Source: Candidatus Iainarchaeum sp.
GTDB taxonomy: Archaea; Iainarchaeota; Iainarchaeia; Iainarchaeales; JAZDEL01
Direction of reading: 5' to 3'
Length of the DNA: 32,000 bases
Assembly: GCA_043808785.1 (NCBI GenBank)
Contig: JAZDEL010000002.1
Span: 1 to 32,000 of the forward strand
Shown here: positions 7,559 through 13,451 of the stretch, in pieces
Layout: each line of letters opens with the position of its first letter
How positions within the stretch are numbered: the stretch's first letter is position 1
Notes under the pieces: generated by a model
What the model was told of the DNA's origin: nothing
The model's input: the letters and a program-made list of their open reading frames with translations, nothing else
Database searches by the model: none
Program-made: the position numbers and the translations under genes

Positions 7559-8485
7559 TCAAGGTGCGGCCGGGTTGATTATGGGGAACGCGTAATAAAC
7601 CTCCACTATCGCGCCCGCAACCACGAGCATTGCCGCAAACACCAGGATTACAAGCGCGTCAACAACAAGCATGCCGAAATTTTCCGAATTGAAATTCTCC
7701 CATATTGCCCTGAATGTTATGGCGCCCGAAATTGCGGAGCAGAGGTAAGCAGCAGCCTCTATTATCAGGTGCGGCATTATCGCAACAAGGGTTATCAGCG
7801 CAAAGAGCAGGACGTTCCCGTCCCCCGAAAGTGCGTTCGCCCTGAGGTAGCTGCCGAGTATCACGCCCCATACTGACGCGTTCCACACGACAATGAAAAT
7901 TCCAGACCTGTAAACCAGTGAAATTATGAAGCATATCGCGAAAACCCCGATGTTGTTCAGGAATATGTCCGCAAGCGAAATCGCGCCCGCCGATGCCGCG
8001 CCAGTTGCCGAGCCTGCGGCTTCCACAGCGGACCCGACATTAAAAATCCCCTTCTGCTGCAGGAACAGGTTCTGTGCCATGTCCGCGGGCAGCATCAGCT
8101 GCAGAACCGTGTAAACCACAAAAACCCCGAGGAAGCTGAAAACATACGCCCTGAACAAATCCCCGTGGTTTTCAATCACCTTGAGCGGATTAAACCAGCC
8201 GCTTATCTGCGATGCCCTGAGTTCCGTGATTTTTATTCCCTTCTCCGCCTTTACTTCCGTTTCAGTCCCCACAGTCATTGCCCTTGTTGAAATCAACTTA
8301 TCCCACGAGGGGAAAACCGCAAGCGAGGTGAAGAAAACGCTTATCATCCCTATGCCGCCCGCGAGCGAACCCCCCGCAAAAAGCACCCATGCAGTTGTGA
8401 TTCCGAGCAGCGCACACCCCACTCCCGTGAGGAAAGCAAGCAGCGGCGCATGCCTTACGGCGTCCCTTATCGACTTGAGGTTCAT
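7559..8485 (-). CDS. Polytopic membrane protein, DUF95/SpoIIM-like
   Basis: Multiple predicted TM helices are present. The segment MPHLIIEAAAYLCSAISG resembles the PHGxxExxA motif of the DUF95 (stage II sporulation protein M-like) family. It starts 1 nt after the upstream stop. Confidence 0.55.
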   Translation of the reverse strand: MNLKSIRDAVRHAPLLAFLTGVGCALLGITTAWVLFAGGSLAGGIGMISVFFTSLAVFPSWDKLISTRAMTVGTETEVKAEKGIKITELRASQISGWFNPLKVIENHGDLFRAYVFSFLGVFVVYTVLQLMLPADMAQNLFLQQKGIFNVGSAVEAAGSATGAASAGAISLADIFLNNIGVFAICFIISLVYRSGIFIVVWNASVWGVILGSYLRANALSGDGNVLLFALITLVAIMPHLIIEAAAYLCSAISGAITFRAIWENFNSENFGMLVVDALVILVFAAMLVVAGAIVEVYYAFPIINPAAP

Positions 8486-8486
8486 G

Positions 8487-8957
8487 CTACAATAACGCCT
8501 TGCGGGTTTTTAATGGTTTTCTTGGCTGCATCCGACGTGGAACTTCCAGTTTGAGCTTACCCTGCCTGAAGCCACGGGTAGTGTGAATGCAACCTGTCTG
8601 CACAATTTTCAAATTCCCCCAATTAAGGTTTGCCATCTTGAAGAATTCCTTAGGGAAACTCCTTGCGCAGGCATCTTGGTATACGCCGTATGCCTCACCC
8701 TTTGCATTCGGCGAAATTTTGAGTCCCCCCTTGCTAATCTGTGAAATAACTTCTTCAGCCACACCGCTCCACACCCCGTGTTTTGCGCTGACCGCTACCC
8801 TGTTTTTCAGCATGCGCCGCAAAAACAATTCCAAATCATTCTCGGCTTTTTCCATTTCGCTTTTCCTATTCTGGTCGACCTTCCATGCAGGTTCGTTTGG
8901 GTTATTCGGCGGTGCCTGTTTGCCCGCGATTCCCCGCCTAACTGCCGCCTCAAACAA
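8487..8957 (-). CDS. Hypothetical protein; may be the C-terminal part of a gene interrupted by an in-frame TAG
   Basis: The ORF starts only at a TTG, two codons after the TAG that ends ORF 8961-9164, and it is in the same frame. No family was recognised. Confidence 0.45.
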   Translation of the reverse strand: MFEAAVRRGIAGKQAPPNNPNEPAWKVDQNRKSEMEKAENDLELFLRRMLKNRVAVSAKHGVWSGVAEEVISQISKGGLKISPNAKGEAYGVYQDACARSFPKEFFKMANLNWGNLKIVQTGCIHTTRGFRQGKLKLEVPRRMQPRKPLKTRKALL

Positions 8958-8960
8958 TTC

Positions 8961-9164
8961 CTACCTTGTTGGTATTCCGCTTTTCACAAGCACGACAAGC
9001 GAGTTCGGCTCGTTCTGCGCCACATTTTTTATAAGCGGATTGAGCACTGTTTCTATTAATGCATTCGTCTGTCTCGCTGCCTGTTGTGGCGTTCTTGTCG
9101 TTGCGATGAACGTATGCGCAGGATGCGTTATGAAATAAATCTTGTCTATTATTTTTTCAGCCAC
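8961..9164 (-). CDS. Hypothetical protein; may be the N-terminal part of a gene interrupted by an in-frame TAG
   Basis: The product is 67 aa (MAEKIIDKIYFITHPAHTFIATT...SLVVLVKSGIPTR) and ends at TAG 8961-8963. It looks like part of an alpha/beta domain rather than a complete protein. Confidence 0.45.
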   Translation of the reverse strand: MAEKIIDKIYFITHPAHTFIATTRTPQQAARQTNALIETVLNPLIKNVAQNEPNSLVVLVKSGIPTR

Positions 9165-9181
9165 ATTTCCGCCTCAGTTGT

Positions 9182-9294
9182 CCGCCCGCCCCAAGGCGGG
9201 CACTTGCAGTTTTCGCCAGCCTTCGCAGGCAGCGTGATTTTTGCGAAGCAAAAATCCTTCTTTTTGCTAACTTTTTCTTGCAAAGAAAAAGTTA
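9182..9294. repeat. Mosaic palindromic repeat locus R1 (modules A+B+C)
   Basis: Module A is gcccgccccaaggcgggcacttgcagttttcgcca, also found at 27283-27318. Module B is gcgtgatttttgcgaagcaaaaatccttctttttgc at 9232-9267. Module C is the hairpin aactttttcttgcaaagaaaaagtt at 9269-9293, ending 1 nt from the tRNA 3' end. Confidence 0.85.
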
Positions 9295-9431
9295 TGCGCC
9301 CGCCGGGACTCGAACCCGGACGAAGAGCTTGCCCCAACAACCGCAACCTGCCTTGTGTTTCTTTTGTCAACTTTTCTTTCTTAAAGAAAAGTTGTTGGAG
9401 GGCTCTCATGCTGCCATTACACCACGGACGC
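9295..9431 (-). tRNA. tRNA-Gly (anticodon TCC) with a roughly 66-nt intron at 37/38 (intron 9330-9395)
   Basis: A manual cloverleaf was built. The acceptor is GCGTCCG/CGGGCGC plus A73, the D arm GTGT-AATGGCA-GCAT, the anticodon stem AGAGC/GCTCT, the variable loop 4 nt (TCGT), and the T arm CCGGG-TTCGAGT-CCCGG. The spliced loop is CCTCCAA. G1-C72, C2-G71, G3-C70, A73 and a 4-nt variable loop fit Gly. A 3-nt CAA bulge next to the anticodon stem and a 4-bp CCUC/GGGG helix fit a relaxed bulge-helix-bulge motif. The TATA box aatatattaata lies at 9461-9472. Caveat: position 33 would be C. Confidence 0.65.
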
Positions 9432-9525
9432 ATTTTCGCCTGCGCGCCACTTGGCGCGTGAATATATTAATAGCCGCCTCGGTTAATAATTTAATTGTTC
9501 TCCCTGCATTGAGGAAGGGTTTGAT

Positions 9526-10245
9526 ATGGCCAAAAATGCGAAAAACGCTAAAAATGCAGGTTCGGGCAAAGGCGCGGTTTCCGCAAAAAAACAAAGGCCA
9601 AAAACCCGCGCGCCGCGGGTTAAGGGGTTTTTCCTTGTTATTGACGGCATTGACGGCTCGGGGAAGGGCACAATCCTTTCGCTCCTGCATGATTGGTTCC
9701 TTGCGCAGGGGGTTCCGCCGGGTAGGCTCCTGCTTACCGCCGAACCGACTTCAGGCGCCTATGGCAGGCGCATAAGGGAACTCCTCCGTTCCGGCGCCGA
9801 CCCTCACGCCCGGGCGCGCGAACTGCTGAACCTTTACATAAAGGACAGGAAGGAGCACATTTCCCGCGCAATTCTGCCAGCGCTTTCCGCTGGAAAAATA
9901 ATCCTGTGCGACCGCTACAAATACAGCACAATTGCATACCAGTCCGCGCAGGGTTTGGATAAGGGCAAACTGATTTCCCTGCACAAAAAAATGCCGGTGC
10001 CGAACCTTGCCTTGATTTTGGATTTGCCTGTTGAGGAAGCGCTTTCCCGCATCTCCTCCGACAGCAGCCGCAGCGGCAAGGACGTTTTCGAGCGCTCCGC
10101 GTTCCTTGAGAAAGTGCGCGCCAATTTCCTCGCGCTTAAGGAGGAACTGCCGAAGGAGAAAATCGCGGTTATTGACGCCTCGGGAACCAAAGAGGAAGTT
10201 TTTGGGCGCGTGCTCGCGGCAGTGAAGAAAAGTGCCGCAATTTAA
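9526..10245 (+). CDS. tmk: Thymidylate kinase with a basic N-terminal extension of about 31 aa
   Basis: The P-loop region is FFLVIDGIDGSGKGT. The DRY-type motif CDRYKYSTIAYQ and a typical C-terminal half are present. No start codon lies nearer the P-loop, and V32 (GTT) sits where Tmk proteins normally begin. Confidence 0.85.
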   Translation: MAKNAKNAKNAGSGKGAVSAKKQRPKTRAPRVKGFFLVIDGIDGSGKGTILSLLHDWFLAQGVPPGRLLLTAEPTSGAYGRRIRELLRSGADPHARARELLNLYIKDRKEHISRAILPALSAGKIILCDRYKYSTIAYQSAQGLDKGKLISLHKKMPVPNLALILDLPVEEALSRISSDSSRSGKDVFERSAFLEKVRANFLALKEELPKEKIAVIDASGTKEEVFGRVLAAVKKSAAI

Positions 10246-10258
10246 TTGCCCGCATTAA

Positions 10259-10348
10259 GCGTGATTTTCGCCGAAGGCGAAAATCCTTCTTTTTGCTTGC
10301 TTTTGTTGACTTTTCGGAAGCGGGCTATGCCCGCGCTCCTAAAAGTCA
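10259..10348. repeat. Mosaic palindromic repeat locus R2 (module B plus a C-like hairpin)
   Basis: Module B is gcgtgattttcgccgaaggcgaaaatccttctttttgc at 10259-10296. It is followed by gacttttcggaagcgggctatgcccgcgctcctaaaagtc, a hairpin that abuts the tRNA 3' end. Confidence 0.8.
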
Positions 10349-10526
10349 TGCGACTGCCGGGAATCGAACCCGGGTCTGAACCTTGTTGCAAGAACCTCCT
10401 GTGAGGCTTCGGAACCGCAGGTTCCGCCGCCCTGCAGAACCCGCAAGGGTTCTGCCGCAAGGGAGGTATCGGAACCGTAGGTTCTGATGTGGCAAGGTCC
10501 AAGCCTAACCGCTAGCCTACAGTCGC
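10349..10526 (-). tRNA. tRNA-Gly (anticodon GCC) with a 106-nt intron at 37/38 (intron 10384-10489)
   Basis: The acceptor is GCGACTG/CAGTCGC plus A73, the D arm GGCT-AGCGGTTA-GGCT, the anticodon stem GGACC/GGTTC, the variable loop AGAC, and the T arm CCGGG-TTCGATT-CCCGG. The spliced loop is TTGCCAA. A 3' CAA bulge and a perfect 4-bp central helix UUGC/GCAA are present, and the 5' bulge is enlarged (relaxed BHB). The A/T box ttttaaaa at 10558-10565 lies about 32-39 nt upstream. Confidence 0.75.
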
Positions 10527-10539
10527 ATGCCCTCTAAAC

Positions 10540-11952
10540 CTATTTCCTAAGCAAATCTTTTAAAACGAATATAGATGTGGCTGCAATTATAAGCACAAGC
10601 CCTGCAATTGCAAGCGCCTTTACCGCCTGTATTGCCGCATCCCCTGCGCTCATTTTGGGTGCAGGCGCCACCCTTGCGGAAAGCCCGCCCTCGGGGTAAA
10701 CCTCGATGTAATCGCTTATATTGCCGTCCGGCAGCAGCAATATGAATTCATACCTCCCATACGCGCCCATGGTTTCGAATTTCGGCGCAACAACAATGAA
10801 TTCCGCAGTTCCCCACTCCCCCGGCTTCAGCCACACAAGCCTCTTCGATATGCCCTTTATTTTGAAATCCCTGTGCATTTCCAGCTCCACAGGAACTATC
10901 ACATTCATTTTCTGCAGGCCTTTCATTTCTATCGCCAGCCCGACATCCTGCATCGATTCCCCCTTATCCTTCCTCACACTTGCCTGCACAATTCCCATGA
11001 AAACCCTTACTTCGTTTATGGACACCTTCGGCGCCAGGAGCGTGATTTTCGCCTTCACCGAATTTATTGTGTTAGTTGCCACTGTTATGTTTGATAAATC
11101 GTTCACGTCCGCGGACTTCGCAAGCGGGAAATGCAGCGCATCCACATACCCTGCCTCGCCGTATGTAGGGTCCACGCCCACCCAGCCTGTGCCGGGCAGG
11201 TAAGCCTCGATCCAGCCGTGGTTGTTGAATTCCTCCCCGTTGTAACTTACGCCCGAAACATACCTTACGGGAATGCCCTTCGCCCTCATCAGTGCGGCAG
11301 CCATGTTTGCGAACTCGCCGCACACCCCGCGCCTTATCTCGAACGTTTCCCTCGCCCCGTTTTTCACGCCGTAATAGCCGCGGTCGTACGTTATGTTCGA
11401 GTTCACCCACTCGGTTATCCCCCTTATCGCCTCTATTTCCGACGTGCCGCGGAATTCCGAATTCGTGAAATCAACAATCTCATTTGCGTCGCTCTCTATG
11501 AACTCGGTGGGTTCCAGGAATTCCGCCATTTCCTCGCCCCACCCGCCCTTTCCGAGGATGAAATCTTCCCCCAGCCCCATACTCGCGGTGCGCTTTACCC
11601 TTGCCCTTACCTTTATTTCGAACCGCGGGGTTTTTTCATATTTATACATATCCGGAATTTCAAACACCGCATACATCACTCCGTTCAAATCCTCGTTCCT
11701 TGCGTTGTAAGTTTCCCCGCCCATAACCAGGGTTTCCCCGAGGTACTCGACTTCCTGCCCCTCCTGCGCTGCAGGGATTATGAACCTGACTTCCAGCGTG
11801 TCCTGCGCGCTCAATACGCCCGTTATTTCCCCGCTTGCGCCTGTTTCGATAATCACATCGGCATAGTTCACGGTTTCGGGCATTATTTCCTGCGCCGAGC
11901 ATGCCTGCGCCGCAAGCAACACAAGCGCGAGCAAAGCCACTTCTTTTTTCAT
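10540..11952 (-). CDS. Transglutaminase-like cysteine protease-fold protein, secreted and C-terminally anchored
   Basis: The N-terminal signal is MKKEVALLALVLLAAQACSA. The transglutaminase core is RGVCGEFANMAAALMRAKGIPVRYVSG...HGWIEAYL...WVGVDPT, giving a Cys-His-Asp triad. A C-terminal TM helix (ALAIAGLVLIIAATSIFVL) is present. Confidence 0.85.
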   Translation of the reverse strand: MKKEVALLALVLLAAQACSAQEIMPETVNYADVIIETGASGEITGVLSAQDTLEVRFIIPAAQEGQEVEYLGETLVMGGETYNARNEDLNGVMYAVFEIPDMYKYEKTPRFEIKVRARVKRTASMGLGEDFILGKGGWGEEMAEFLEPTEFIESDANEIVDFTNSEFRGTSEIEAIRGITEWVNSNITYDRGYYGVKNGARETFEIRRGVCGEFANMAAALMRAKGIPVRYVSGVSYNGEEFNNHGWIEAYLPGTGWVGVDPTYGEAGYVDALHFPLAKSADVNDLSNITVATNTINSVKAKITLLAPKVSINEVRVFMGIVQASVRKDKGESMQDVGLAIEMKGLQKMNVIVPVELEMHRDFKIKGISKRLVWLKPGEWGTAEFIVVAPKFETMGAYGRYEFILLLPDGNISDYIEVYPEGGLSARVAPAPKMSAGDAAIQAVKALAIAGLVLIIAATSIFVLKDLLRK

Positions 11953-11985
11953 GCAGAATAAGTTATCCGTTCAATAATAAAAATG

Positions 11986-12150
11986 CGGCGGTTCAGCCTT
12001 TTCGGAGCGTGGGGCTTCGCTATTTTGCCTTGCCCTATTTTGCCTCTTGGCAAAATGGGCGCAATTGGCTGTAGCCAATTAGCGCGGCAAAATGCGCGCA
12101 TTCGGCTCAAGCCGAATAGCGTCAGCCCCACTTCCAAAAGCCTGGGGAAA
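11986..12150. repeat. Mosaic palindromic repeat locus R5 (modules F, E, G)
   Basis: Module F is gcggttcagccttttc at 11988-12003, identical to 27186-27201. Module E at 12037-12085 is attttgcctcttggcaaaatgggcgcaattggctgtagccaattagcgc, matching 26228-26277. The segment ccacttccaaaag at 12128-12140 is the reverse complement of 27320-27332. Confidence 0.8.
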
Positions 12151-12184
12151 AACGTTAGCCAGCGCATCCCGAACCAGCGAAAAC

Positions 12185-12583
12185 TCAGAAATCCTCCGCG
12201 ACAAACCCGGCAAGCGCCTTCCTTGCGTCGTCCATCCTGTTTACCTTTGCGGCAAAAATCCCCCTGCCCCCTTTCTTTGTCAGGAGGTAGATGTGCTCTA
12301 TGTTTATCTTCGACTTCTCGAGGATTCTCGCAATCTTCGCAAGCGAGCCCGCCCTGTCGTCCGCTGAAAAGAGCAGGATTTCGGACTCAGTTAACTTGTA
12401 GCCCGTATTTGCAAGCGCCTTCTTCGCCCCCGCAACATCCCGTGTTACCATGCGTATGATTGCGCCGTCCGCAAACGTTTCCGCGCTTATGCTCTCCATG
12501 TTTATCCCGTTATTGCCGAGGCGTTCCGCGATTTCCGCAAGCACCCCCGGCCTGTTGTCCGTCAGTATTGTCAGTTGCTTCAT
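12185..12583 (-). CDS. Tandem ACT-domain protein
   Basis: Two ACT-like units are visible: LTILTDNRPGVLAEIAERLGNNGINMESISA and LLFSADDRAGSLAKIARILEKSKINIEHIY. An AGGAGGG SD lies at 12589-12595 on the minus strand. Confidence 0.75.
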   Translation of the reverse strand: MKQLTILTDNRPGVLAEIAERLGNNGINMESISAETFADGAIIRMVTRDVAGAKKALANTGYKLTESEILLFSADDRAGSLAKIARILEKSKINIEHIYLLTKKGGRGIFAAKVNRMDDARKALAGFVAEDF

Positions 12584-12613
12584 GCCATCCCTCCTGATTT
12601 TTTTTGTGTTGAA

Positions 12614-12676
12614 GCGTGATTTTCGCGAAGCGAAAATCCTTCTTTTTGCAAACTTTTTCTTTCCAAGAAAAAGTTT
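12614..12676. repeat. Mosaic palindromic repeat locus R3 (modules B+C)
   Basis: Module B is gcgtgattttcgcgaagcgaaaatccttctttttgc at 12614-12649. Module C is aactttttctttccaagaaaaagtt at 12651-12675, ending 1 nt from the tRNA-Val 3' end. Confidence 0.85.
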
Positions 12677-12749
12677 TGGGCCGGGGCGGAATCGGACCGC
12701 CGATTTCTGCCTTGTAAAGGCAGCGTCATAGCCGCTAGACCACCGGCCC
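12677..12749 (-). tRNA. tRNA-Val (anticodon TAC), intronless
   Basis: The minus strand reads GGGCCGG-TG-GTCTAGCGGCTATGAC-G-CTGCC-TTTACAA-GGCAG-AAATC-GGCGG-TCCGATT-CCGCC-CCGGCCC-A. This is a perfect 7-bp acceptor with anticodon loop TT-TAC-AA. No CCA is encoded. The TATA box tttaaa at 12777-12782 lies 28-33 nt upstream. Confidence 0.9.
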
Positions 12750-12900
12750 GCACACTAGGTTATGGGTGCGCATTCCTTTAAAGTTTTCTGGCTAACAGGA
12801 AAATGCGCCGGTAGTGGAATGGTGCAACAACGCCCCCCATAACAAAACCTTTAAATAGGGTTCAAACATTATAGATTACGATTTCAAAAGGTGCGTTTGA

Positions 12901-13329
12901 TTGAAAAAGGTGGTTTCTTTCTTCGGCAGGGGAAAAAATGTCCATCTCCCCAAGCTTATAGGCGCGTTCATACTTTTTGCGGCATTGCTGATGTTCATAA
13001 AGGTAAGCGCTGAAATGTTCGAATCCTGGGACAATGCAAAGGCGGTTAATGCCTGCCTTGCCGCGGCGGACGACGAAACAAAGTTCCTTTTCTGCTACAA
13101 TTACGCGAACGAATCATTAGGCGTCACCGTAAGGCCCGAACAGGATAAGCTCACCGGAAGGCAGTTCTGGCAGGTCCTCCTCGGGCCGGTGGTAAGCATG
13201 CTTATCTGGCTCGCGGTGCTCTTTGTGGGGTGGATGCTCTACAGGGCAAGCCATCTTGTCTTTTTCGTCGAGGAGCCCTCGGCAATGAGGGAGCGCTTTT
13301 CGGAGCATGCGTTCAAGAGGAAGAGGTAG
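12901..13329 (+). CDS. Small membrane protein, unknown function
   Basis: It starts at TTG, preceded by an aaaggtg SD-like motif, with the TATA-like box tttaaata at 12852-12859. Two hydrophobic helices are present (IGAFILFAALLMFI and VVSMLIWLAVLFVGWML). Confidence 0.55.
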   Translation: MKKVVSFFGRGKNVHLPKLIGAFILFAALLMFIKVSAEMFESWDNAKAVNACLAAADDETKFLFCYNYANESLGVTVRPEQDKLTGRQFWQVLLGPVVSMLIWLAVLFVGWMLYRASHLVFFVEEPSAMRERFSEHAFKRKR

Positions 13330-13420
13330 TTCTTTCCTTCTTGGGAAGGGTCGGTTTCACTTCAGCGCAGCCTGCGGCATGAGTGCGGGAAATAATGCGG
13401 CAGTGCCGCCTGCCGGCTCC

Positions 13421-13446
13421 TGCAAGTTAAAATAAAAAAATAAGAA
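13421..13446 (-). terminator. Oligo-T tract downstream of dnaG
   Basis: The minus strand reads gccttttcttatttttttattttaac immediately after the dnaG stop. Archaeal transcription termination is associated with oligo-T runs. Confidence 0.5.
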
Positions 13447-13451
13447 AAGGC

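Noticed and set aside
8961-8963. Genome-wide reassignment of TAG (for example to pyrrolysine or another sense codon) as the explanation for the in-frame TAG
   Set aside because: TAG terminates at least three well-supported genes in this window at sensible positions: the pilin gene at 212, rnp4 at 7256 and the SemiSWEET gene at 30711. Global recoding is therefore unlikely. A local event or a pseudogene remains possible.
9295-9431. Alternative reading of this tRNA as tRNA-Trp (the CTCCAA string in the loop region)
   Set aside because: A Trp fold would need the anticodon stem GAGCC/AGCTC with a C-A mismatch and an extra nucleotide after the D stem. The acceptor G1-C72/C2-G71/G3-C70 with A73 and the 4-nt variable loop fit Gly and parallel the neighbouring tRNA-Gly(GCC).
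9149-9775. ORFs 9149-9433 (-), 9084-9461 (+) and 9278-9775 (+)
   Set aside because: They run across repeat locus R1 and the tRNA-Gly(TCC) gene and intron. The translations are low-complexity, and the DNA is explained by RNA and repeat features.
11131-11961. 276-aa + strand ORF antisense to the transglutaminase-like gene
   Set aside because: The minus-strand frame carries a signal peptide, a Cys-His-Asp transglutaminase core and a TM anchor. The antisense product has no features.
11983-12459. 158-aa + strand ORF and neighbouring ORFs (11949-12167, 12092-12367)
   Set aside because: They cover repeat locus R5 and the antisense of the ACT-domain gene. The translations are Pro/Ser/Arg-rich with no motifs.
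9182-12676. Interpretation of the recurring hairpin modules as a CRISPR array
   Set aside because: The copies are not regularly spaced. They are separated by genes and tRNAs rather than by short unique spacers, they occur in both orientations, and no cas genes are present in the window.
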